A stretch of DNA of 63,725 nt, filler included, from Reticulomyxa filosa (lineage: Eukaryota; Protista; Foraminifera), in assembly GCA_000512085.1 (NCBI GenBank). It is 16 parts of 16 records of this genome, joined end to end, with 100 filler letters (N's around TTAATTAATTAA, not from the genome) between each part and the next. Parts side by side here need not be neighbours in the genome. Positions count along the whole stretch, not along the records: positions 48,337 to 54,689 come from ASPP01007015.1; positions 54,790 to 55,875 come from ASPP01027022.1; positions 55,976 to 57,792 come from ASPP01000805.1; positions 57,893 to 59,483 come from ASPP01024058.1; positions 59,584 to 63,725 come from ASPP01050238.1; 11 more parts are not named here. One strand, written 5' to 3'. Made by a program: the position numbers and the translations under genes. Shown in pieces: positions 52,615 through 63,725 of the stretch (within the stretch, counting starts at the first letter, position 1; each line of letters opens with the position of its first letter). A model generated the notes under the pieces. It ran no database searches. It was not told where the DNA came from and worked only from the letters and a program-made list of their open reading frames with translations.

Positions 52615-53490
52615 TGCTTTATTTCGATAACACAGAAAAATGCTTGACTGAGTTGGGATCCTTGTTAGTTACATTTTCAAGTCCAATACAGATTACAACA
52701 TTGATAATTTTTCCTTGGCATTTTTTAGATGTATTACAACATGGACCATTTACATAAACAATTGATGCTTCTTCTTCTTCTTTTCCTTCCTGTCCATCGA
52801 GATTTGCATTGTGAACATTCCGGTAATAGTTTTTAGTTTTGTTGCTTGGCGTCATATTCCTGTATGGAATGTGACTTGGATCACTCTTGAGTTTGCGAAG
52901 CTGAGCGTTCCAACAAGTACATGGTGAATTATCATTATGATATCGAAGATAACATCCTTCACTGCATTCAACCAACACGTTACAACAATTGCTTGCAATT
53001 TTTCGATAATTACAATGCTCCCATTTACACAAATCATTTGCTTCGAATGTATCATATTGGCTCGACAACTGACAATGTTCTTGTGAAGATTGTCCTGAAT
53101 TTACTATGTTTTCAGTTGATCTAGGCAATTTTTCCCGAAACGAACTCGAGCTTGCTTCTGGTTCTGACTTAGGCCAAGCTTTGTTTACATCAGAGCTACT
53201 TTCTCCGTAATCTTCCTTCTTTTTTTTTTACTGGATCCAGTTTTAGACTCTCGAGAATGCTTTTTGTTGTTTGGTGATTGCTGAGTACTTTCTCCAACTT
53301 TTTTCTTGTTGTCCTTAATGGGCATGTTATAAAAGGGAAATTTCTAAGTTTTTTTTTTTTACTTGACCCTTTTTGAACAGCAAGTTTTTCCCCCACTGTA
53401 CTGCTTGTGTTTGCACGAAATTTTGTTGGGTATGACGCTTGTGGTTTAACAATTTTGATATATTGGAAGAAGATTGAAATTAGGAGAGCT
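50526..53490 (-). CDS. Multi-exon protein with TTC3/DZIP3-like Cys/His-rich module, RRM-like segment and basic/Ser-rich tail
   Basis: VECSEGCYLRYH.....CWNAQLRKL...GPCCN.SKKCQGKIINV. RRM-like VYFLVP...QFGPARF...CLIVEFMFLQDAREGYQ. Co-oriented exon ORFs; start codon not resolved. Confidence 0.5.
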
Positions 53491-53867
53491 TTTACACGAT
53501 CTGAAATACTTACGTATTAGCAAGAGAAGAGTGAAAGCAAGTGAGGACATGGAAACATGAAACATAAAAGAGAATAATAGAGCAAGCCTCGGTCAGTTGT
53601 GTCAAAATATTAGTTTGCACATAGAAATGATCTTGTAACAAAAAAAATACATATGACGAAGAGCATGACAATGGTGTACATTGCTGTTTTTAGTATCACT
53701 TCAAATCATTATTTTTACTTTATTATTATTTTTTTTAAGTCGCTTGGTTATTGAAATTTCATCAGTACCAAATAAGACTAAGCCAATCAACAACAAAGAG
53801 AAAAACAACTCCATTTGAATAATTATGTACACATGCAATTCATAAAAATCGTAATGAGTATGCAATT

Positions 53868-54672
53868 CTAAATGTCTTGCTCTTCTGCCGGACCTTCAGG
53901 AGTGTTCATTTGATGCATGAGATCGTCCATTTCCATTTCCATAGCGACCTCCACATCACCTGACCCACAATACAACACAACAAAGGATCACTGTATCTAT
54001 GGTACATACAATATGCGTGCATCTTAATATGCACACATAAGAAAAAAAAAAGTGGACATGTGTCACCACAATTTGAAAACTATGGCATTTAACCATTAAT
54101 GTTTGTACGTGGTCTCTCAAAGTATGTTATTTACAATTCAAAAAAAATAATAATAATAATAATAATTTCAACAATGTTTATTTATGTATTTATTTTTTAA
54201 AAAAAAAAAAAAACAACCAAACTCAAGACTTGACCAAATTTTTTATCTTGTTTTTCCATTTCAATTTTCTTGACTTTTTCCGATTCATTTTGTGTTTTTC
54301 GGGGGCCGTGTTCATAATTTCCAGAAGATTCACTCTCTCTCTTTTTTTCTTCCTCATGTTCGACTTTCTTGCCACTGGCTTTATTTGGCTCATTTCCTTT
54401 GGCAGTATTCGTATTGATCGTTACTGCGCCAGAAACACCTGTTTTGTTTGTCGTTGTCGTTGTCGTTGTCGTTATCGTTGTTGATCCGGGATTCGCCTTG
54501 TTGCTGTTCTGGCTTTGTGATAGAACCAACTCGGAACCCTTTTTTGTGGCTATCACTTTGCGGATGCGGTCCGCTTCTATTGTTCGATCCAACGTCTTTT
54601 TATTGTACAATGACCAGCCAAGTGCAATTAACAGTAATACCAATACTACACCTACTACGAGTACTGCTATCC
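53868..54672 (-). CDS. C-terminal part of a single-pass membrane protein
   Basis: TM helix IAVLVVGVVLVLLLIALGWSLY, a cytoplasmic tail, an intron, then last exon GDVEVAMEME...EEQDI*. Confidence 0.6.
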
Positions 54673-54789
54673 CCTTTTTTTTTTTTTTTNNNNNNNNNNN
54701 NNNNNNNNNNNNNNNNNNNNNNNNNNNNNNNNNTTAATTAATTAANNNNNNNNNNNNNNNNNNNNNNNNNNNNNNNNNNNNNNNNNNNN

Positions 54790-55630
54790 GCTTTCGCTAA
54801 ATAGATCATTAGTTAAAGACCAAAGAATATCAGTATATGCTCGTCCATAACGTGAATCATCTATATTTGTTTTAAGGTCTAGTAATGTTCCGCCAATAGT
54901 AGAATAAATTGTAATGACCTTATTATACAATCATTTTTTAATTCTTTAGAGCAATCCTCAGTAATACATTTCCAAAATCCTTCAACGACATTCGTTAATT
55001 TATATAAATTATCAATACAAATTAAATCATTACCAAATTCATTTTCATAATCACTTGTCTTCTGGTCCATAAAATTAAGATTTAATAAACTATAATTTAT
55101 TCTACATTTACTTATTTCATATGATCCACTGCAACGAATTAATTGTGACTCATTCCATTTAATCTCTTTATTAAATAATACTTTGTTTTCTTCTTCAATT
55201 TTATCTAATAACGCTTCGACTATTAAATATATTGATGTATTTTTTGTTGTTATATATATTTATTAAATACTAAAAAAGATCACAAAACATTTACAATTTT
55301 TTTTTCATTTGTAAAAAAAAAATTAAGATATTACAATAAAATTCAATAAAATTTTGATTTTTTTATAAATAAAATCGTTGTTGAATTATCAATAATATAC
55401 ATAACTAGTATATACAATTTTTCTTTTTTTTCTTCATTATTATTATTTTATTTAATTTCTTCTTCCAATTTTTCAACTTCAATTCCTTTTTCTGATTTTA
55501 ATTGTTTAATTTCGTCCTATATTTGTTTGATTGTAATATCCAATTTTTACCAAAACATTGTTGATCAAAATGAATTTTGGTTGAACCAGATTCAACATGT
55601 TCTTGAACTTCTCTTTCAACATTACTCATT
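54790..55630 (-). pseudogene. Degenerate AT-rich coding remnant of unknown family
   Basis: Overlapping short ORFs 54879-55070 and 54790-54930, plus upstream coiled-coil-like fragments with stops. Confidence 0.3.
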
Positions 55631-56042
55631 TTTATTACTTTTTATTTACCTATTTTATATTGTTTTAAAAGATTTAGTAATTGATATATAGAATTCGCAA
55701 AGATTTTTTTTTAGAAAATTTGTTTTTGAAGGGTCCTTTAAAACATTGAACAATGTATGCTATATTATGACAATAAAAAATGAGTTGATAATAATAATTG
55801 CTACCAGTAAATATGATTATAACAATAAATGAAAAAATCTTAAGAATTTCAAACAATAGCTTGTACAAATTAAATNNNNNNNNNNNNNNNNNNNNNNNNN
55901 NNNNNNNNNNNNNNNNNNNTTAATTAATTAANNNNNNNNNNNNNNNNNNNNNNNNNNNNNNNNNNNNNNNNNNNNGATATGTTTTAGGCGTTCAGTTTTC
56001 TTTGCAACATACTGTAGCTACCAAAAGCAAAGATTAAATATT

Positions 56043-56160
56043 AAAAAAAATAAAAAAATGCGAAAGCAAATGAAAAAGCGAAAAAGAAAAATTTGAACCG
56101 AAGCGGCACCAAAATATTTCTTTTTGGTTTTTTATTCGCTTTTGCATTTTTTTATTTTTT
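56043..56160. repeat. ~55-bp-stem imperfect hairpin; related copy at 41674-41752
   Basis: AAAAAATAAAAAAATGCGAAAGCAAATGAAAAAGCGAAAAAGAAAAATTTG pairs with CAAAATATTTCTTTTTGGTTTTTTATTCGCTTTTGCATTTTTTTATTTTTT. CAAAATATTTCTTTTTG is shared with 41704-41720. Confidence 0.75.
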
Positions 56161-57083
56161 CCACTGCGCAAAAAAAAAAATATTGGTTGTCAAAATGTAC
56201 AAAAAATGACCACTATTTTCAAAGCTTAAAAAAGAAAAAGAAAATGTAAGCGTCCAAACCATTCAGGACGTTAGAACAAACTATTTTGAATCGATTGGTG
56301 AAATTCCGGTTGAATAACTTTGATTTTTGACAAAGTTAGACCACGATTAGTGTCACTCCAATCAACAATTTTTTTTATAATGAAGCCTATGGAACTAAGA
56401 GACTTTAATGTTCATTTATTAAAGGAATCGAAATTGATAAAACTATTTTATCATATGTCGTCCTTGTTTAAATAGATATTTTGTTATTATTTTATTTTTG
56501 TTCTCTTGTTAATTTATATTAAATGTCTCACTTTTGAAGTGAAATGGTACATGTCCTTCTTTTCATCCGCATCATCTAATCAATTTTTAAGTAAATCTTG
56601 GACGTCTTTCTTTATCTTCTAAGAGTAAGCTTAATAAATGGGATTGTTAAACTTTCTTTTTTTTTTTATTATTGGATATGAGCAAAACAATATTGAGCTA
56701 TTATGAATAAATTAATCAATATATATAATGAAAAACGAAATTGTCCAATATCAACTGTAATACATACACTCACAAATTTTTTTATTGAGCGATCCACTTT
56801 GACAAGGCCAAGTAAGTAAGACATGCTATTCATAATCTGTTGCGTTTGAAGTTGATTTAGGTGAATATTCGCAAAGCATTTCATATACGCTCTTTAAATT
56901 AAAATATTTCAATCTTTCATTATTTACGTTGAATCTCACCAATTTATCCTTTTTTTTTAATTATGTTTGTTGTTGATTCATATATTTGAATAAAGAGTAC
57001 CCAAAATAATATTCGTAAATACTTTCTTCTATTGTTGTGGCTCCAACATTGCAATATCTTCTCCTTGTGTTGTTTTTTTCCTA

Positions 57084-57792
57084 TCAACGCAAGATTGTAT
57101 TTTCCAAAAATCTAAATATCTCATCATTCTCTTTTATGCTTTCTGTCATTTTAATAACGAAATTTACCACGTGGGAAACATTTTTTCGACTAACGTTCAA
57201 GTTATGGACTTGTTGAATTTCTGATTTCAAAGATTCGATTTTATCTTTATGAGTTTGACAATCATTATTCCCTACGTGCGTCTTTTGGTGATGTAATTGT
57301 TCGAGTGCAGTGTGATACTCTTTGAGTTTTTTCTTTTGTTCGGAGGAATATTGGATAACGGCATCGATTTGTTTCTGCAATTATTCATTATCTTGCACTT
57401 TTTGCACCACTTACAGCTGTAGCTCATTCAAGTCTGCCATTTTTTTTTTAACCCACTCTCGCCGCTTTGCGATATTTGCTTTGCGCGCCATTGGCAATAT
57501 GTCGCTATGCTTTCAATTCTAATTCAATGATTTGCAATCGCAACGCGGACATGTCGTTACGACAATCCCGCAATTTTAAAGCAATATCTTCTCTATCTCT
57601 CTCTTGAGTGGCATTGGGCAACTCGATTTCCAAATAAGCCACTCTATCTTTCGCATCGATTACATCATTGGCTCTGTTTGTATCATTTACACAGTTGTCA
57701 GCCAAGCGCACTTTGCACTCCACTATTTATTGCTTGTACGTTTCCACTTGCTCCTTGTTTTCAATTTTATTCGATACAAATTATGTTCAATG
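57084..57792 (-). pseudogene. Coiled-coil protein gene fragment with in-frame stops
   Basis: Heptad-rich ORFs 57505-57723 and 57084-57380 are interrupted by stops without clear introns. Confidence 0.45.
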
Positions 57793-58024
57793 NNNNNNNN
57801 NNNNNNNNNNNNNNNNNNNNNNNNNNNNNNNNNNNNTTAATTAATTAANNNNNNNNNNNNNNNNNNNNNNNNNNNNNNNNNNNNNNNNNNNNAAAAAGAA
57901 ACAAAAATATGTTTCATCTTGGTAATACAGATTTTATTTATGTGCGTTACTACGAAATTTTCAAAAATCATATGAAAAAACATTGATTTAACCAATATAG
58001 AAAAAGTTATTATAAAATAAATTA

Positions 58025-58145
58025 TATATTTTAAAACTACAAGATTTGTATATAAATTAGTTTTAAATGTTTATTTTTCATGGAGAAAATCGATTCTCTT
58101 CATATAGATGCCATTTAGGTATGTCAGTTTTTTTGCAATCTACCG
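58025..58145 (+). repeat. Diverged arm of the same repeat family
   Basis: TTTAAAACTACAAGATTTGTA...TGTTTATTTTTCATGGAGAAAATCGATT...TGCCATTT...TTTGCA aligns with 39068-39184. Confidence 0.65.
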
Positions 58146-58431
58146 TATTATTTCATAACAGTTGTTCTAGCTGTTATTAAAACATAGCACTTTTAATAGT
58201 GAGTAAGCAATGATTTGAACTTGTGAGTTCTCTGTTCACGTTCCGTGTAGCACACGCTTAATCAGAACAGCAGTTCGCTTGAGTCTGTCCTGAGAGCAAT
58301 ACAAGAGAAAAAAGAAAGCAGGTAGCGCTGTGATATTTGTATTGCATTTATATTGCAGACATGTTAGGAAGTGCTACTCAGATGGTGGTGTTACGCACCA
58401 TGAAAAACAGCAACAACGACAAAAAAAGAAG

Positions 58432-59439
58432 TCAGAGTTTGGCATGACGAAAAGAAGAAGAAGAAGAAGAAGACAAAGAATTGTGAGTGATTTTAACACC
58501 ATGAGGATCGACAGCCCGCAACACAACATCCATATTAGTCAATGTCAGATTGCGTTGCAAGAAAACCCCATTGGGTCTATCGTTATCCTCCCACCGAAAT
58601 AAAGCTTCTTGTTCTATGAATTTGATTTATTTATTTACATATGTATGCACACAAATATATATGTACATATATACATATATATGTATATATATATATTTTT
58701 TTTTTTTTAAAAAAAAAAAAAGAGTGTCCAATACACACACTCCAAACCATTGGATGAAATGCCACTTTGAACATGACGTTTGACAATTCTTGTCCGAGCC
58801 AAGTCGTCATCGCAATCCAAAAAGATTTTGATACGGAACTGTGGTTGGACGAGCGACTTCCAAGGTTCGACATTTAGGAACAGATACAGCCCTTCACAGA
58901 TCAGTATTCGGTGTGTGGGTAGGATGGACTTGCCATTGGGCGTTGGATCTTTGATTGCGTGATCAAATGTCGGTACTTCGATCACTTTGTCGGTGTCATT
59001 TGCGATCCGGTGCAACAAACTCGAAAACGTATACGGATCGAATGTCCAATAGCTTCCGCGCTTTCGATGTCCATACGTCGGGTTTGTCATGTGATCCAAA
59101 TGCTGTCGGCTCAAATGAAACCCGTCCATCCCTATGTACTCACTTACGTCGCGCTTGGCAATTGTGTTTATTCGGGCACTCAACCGTTTTGCCAAAACTG
59201 ATTTGCCCGAACTTGGGATCCCTACCATTCCCCGACCAATCGTAGCGACAAGTGTGATATAATAAGTCAACGCGCAACATAAGTGGACGGTCCTGCTTAC
59301 CTACTACACCTACGAGCAACCGCTTTTCTTTGCCAGTTGTCTGCAGCTTTTCTGATGAGTCGAGCAACTGATGTGCCAAGAGTCCCACATCATCCTCCAA
59401 ATCTGAGGCAATATGCATGTCTGTATTCGAATTTGTCAT
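58432..59439 (-). CDS. YggC/YFH7-like P-loop kinase (PRK/uridine/pantothenate kinase superfamily), 3 exons, C-terminal PTS1
   Basis: Exons 59301-59439, 58748-59221, 58432-58613. Walker A VGVVG|IPSSGKS; MDGFHLSR; RGSYWTFD; PTFDHAIKDP; EGLYL; RWEDNDRPNG; ends FRHAKL*. Confidence 0.9.
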
Positions 59440-59731
59440 GGGCCTTTCCTTGTCTGCAAGGGGGGGCAGGAGGGAGAGTTTTTNNNNNNNNNNNNNNNNN
59501 NNNNNNNNNNNNNNNNNNNNNNNNNNNTTAATTAATTAANNNNNNNNNNNNNNNNNNNNNNNNNNNNNNNNNNNNNNNNNNNNATACATCCGATTTATCT
59601 ACTAGCCTTAATATGTATTAACTCGTAATATACTAATCTTCATATAATCCATGTTTGCAAGGTCACCCAGTTTGTTGTAGTCTAAAGGGGACTGTTTTGA
59701 TATTGTTGAAGCGATAATCGAAAAAGAAGAG

Positions 59732-61298
59732 ATGGATTCACAACCGAAAGATTTGAGTGGACAAACGCGCTTTAAATTACGTAAAATGCTAGCAACCAGT
59801 TTGCAAGGAGGAATTTTTTTGGCAGAAGATAAAAGAGAGAGTCGCTGGGTTGTGGTGAAGCGAGTCTGGCGTGAATTAGTAAAAGAGGGCAAATGTGTGG
59901 AAGGAAGTGCTGTGGGTGAAAATTTTGAGCAAGAGAAGAGCATTTCGAAGTATTTGGCTGATCTACGAAATCAAAACAAAGGCAAGTCAAAAAAAAGGGA
60001 GAAGGGCCTGTCAGTTACAAACAAAACAAGTTAAACAATCGAAATATTGCAACAAATAAAAAGGTTATGTTCGCTATATCGATGATTGGGAAGATACAAA
60101 CTGTTATTATTTAGCGATGGAGTACTGTGAAGGCGGAGACCTGTTTGATTACATGTCGAAATGCAACACAACAAAGGATAGCCGTGTCGAAGGGCAGACA
60201 CATGCCACAGCCGAAGTGCGGAATTCATTGCTGCAATCAATATTTCGTCAATTAGTCGAAACGGTATCTTGGATGCACTCGAATGGAGTTGCGCATTTGG
60301 ATTTGAGTTTGGAAAATGTAATGCTACAGTTAGCCAATGAAAACGGTATCACTGTCAAAATCATCGACTTTGGAGTTGCGCAACGTTTTCGGCCCAATCA
60401 AAAATTCAACCGATCTGTTGGAAAATTTGGCTATATGGCACCAGAGGTGTGTACGTAGTAATATGTTCTGCTTTGATCTCATTTGTTATCGTCAAACATT
60501 TTTTTGTTTCACTTATTATACGTTACAAAAAAAAATTCTTGATGCAAATGCACAGTTTACACGTTTTTTTTTAATGTGTCCATTTGTTTGAATAATTGAA
60601 CAAACACAGGTATTTGCCCAAAAAGAGTATTCCCCAGAAAAGGCAGATATTTGGTCCTTGGGAGTGATATTGTTCGCAATGTTGGTTGGGGGCCTTCCTT
60701 ATCGTACTCCAGACATGGCCGATCCTCATTTCCGTGCGATCATGTCCGGACATCTGCGTACTTTATTAACAATGTGGAAGAAAATATCTACCATTCCAAC
60801 TGCTGCTTTGGGTATGTGTATCTTTTTTATTTGATGAAGAGGTTCAATGATACGTTTTTTTTTTTAGAGCTGCTGGAGCAAATATTCAAGCCAGCGGAAA
60901 CACGCATCGATATGTTCGATTTGGTTCGCCACAAATATGTGGAACTAGAAATGATCCCTAATTCAAATGCAGAACTAAATGAGAGTACAGTTCCAGTTAG
61001 TGTCATCAATGATGAAAACATGGACAAATCAGCAACAAACTCGAACAAACTCAAACAACCAACCAAAGATGAAATAAAAGTAAGTGAAGGTAAATTGTGT
61101 TTGGTGAATCAGGATGCCGGATTGTTAAGTTCAGATAATGACATGAAACAGACAATTGAAAGTGTAAATATTGTTCCTTCTCGTCCAACTGAAAATTCCA
61201 AATCGAAGGATACAGTAGAATTTTACAAAGATTCCCATCAGCGCAATGGGAAACAAAAAGTAAGTGGAGAGAAGTATAATTTGACGTATAATGAGTAG
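59732..61298 (+). CDS. Ser/Thr protein kinase, CAMK-like HxDLSLEN subfamily, 4 exons
   Basis: Exons 59732-59981, 60064-60446, 60610-60811, 60868-61298. VVVK, MEYCEGGDLF, HLDLSLEN, DFG, GKFGYMAPE, DIWSLG. Confidence 0.92.
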
Positions 61299-62072
61299 CA
61301 TGGATTTTAAAATTGGCCTTTTTTCAGCTTTTTTTGTTTGCGTTGAAAATGGGCTGTTAATAAAGCAAACATCTTTTTTACTGTTTTTCATTTGGGTTTT
61401 TTTGTGTCTTTTTGTGGTGTAAAAGTTGACCATTGTTTTGTAATGGCCTATACGGCTGTTTTCTTTCTTTCATTTTTGTTTTGAAGTTGTCTATGGAATT
61501 GTGCAAAATAACATGCTTTGAATTTTTCGTACATATAAAAATTTCAACAAAAAAAAAGAATTAGTGCCAAGCCGAGTAAGCAGAACAATGTCTGGAATTT
61601 GTTCACGCGAAATGTTAAACAAAAAGAAAGACTAAAACTCAGTACTTCCAAAGAAAAGAAAAACACAACCATAAGAAAAAAACAAACAAAAAGAAAAACA
61701 ACACCGGAAAAAATATGTGCTGAACAAAACCATCTCCAAAATACCAACAACATAAAAAAGCAAGCAAACAAAAAGAGTTACCACAAATCACACAATACTA
61801 ACCCCTTTTGTATTAGAGGCAGAGAACCCCAGCATCGTTGGATACCCACAAAACATAAGCATACCAGATGAAAAAAAATAAATAAAAGACATATTAAAAA
61901 AAAACGACAACAAAACCCCATGTAGTGTGAATGAACATTATTTCTGATTTCACATTTCTATATTATATTCAGTTTTTAAAAATTTTTTAAAAGACTACAG
62001 TGCGTTGATCACATATAAACAAAAAACAACAGAGTTTTCATTCCGTTGTTTTGCCACGAAGGCAAATGCGTG

Positions 62073-63690
<1,618 letters not shown>

Positions 63691-63725
63691 ACTTATCTCA
63701 TTTTTTTTTTTTATTTTTTTAAAAA

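Noticed and set aside
54790-55875. Endogenous virus or polinton fragment in a very AT-rich contig
   Set aside because: No recognisable capsid, polymerase, packaging ATPase or integrase motif.
58208-58297. Box C/D snoRNA candidate (ATGATT...CTGA)
   Set aside because: Box C is imperfect, there is no convincing terminal stem, and I could not identify an rRNA-complementary guide.

Overview
This window is eukaryotic protist DNA, not a bacterial locus. It consists of 16 short contigs joined by 15 identical artificial 100-nt spacers (44 N + TTAATTAATTAA + 44 N), so adjacency across spacers is not evidence of linkage. AT-richness, poly-Asn microsatellites in exons, short spliceosomal introns, and the expanded TRAF-coiled-coil-WD40 ('GVIGGNGYTICSGS') and kelch-like families point to a foraminiferan such as Reticulomyxa filosa (inference). 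Recognisable genes: an RCC1-repeat protein, an ADF-H + ubiquitin-like protein, a large ARM-PH protein, a PrsW-family protease, a WDR26/GID7 N-terminus, a CHAT-STAND NTPase, a PAM2 protein, two WD40 proteins, a PPR protein, AP-2 alpha, a PC-esterase/TBL-like protein, a REJ-GPS protein, an F-box protein, a TTC3-like protein, a YggC/YFH7-like P-loop kinase, a CAMK-like kinase and an atypical MAPK. There are also several decayed pseudogenes and palindromic dispersed repeats. Main leads: (1) a caspase-like CHAT domain with both catalytic residues replaced, fused to a STAND NTPase (candidate NLR-like decoy or sensor); (2) many introns with a U-rich 5' half and a poly-A tract, rather than a polypyrimidine tract, directly before the 3' AG; (3) a dispersed fold-back/MITE-like repeat family; (4) a possible non-AUG (AUU) NLS-bearing extension of WDR26; (5) a spliced-in PTS1 on the P-loop kinase. 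All family calls come from motif recognition by eye; no database searches were run.
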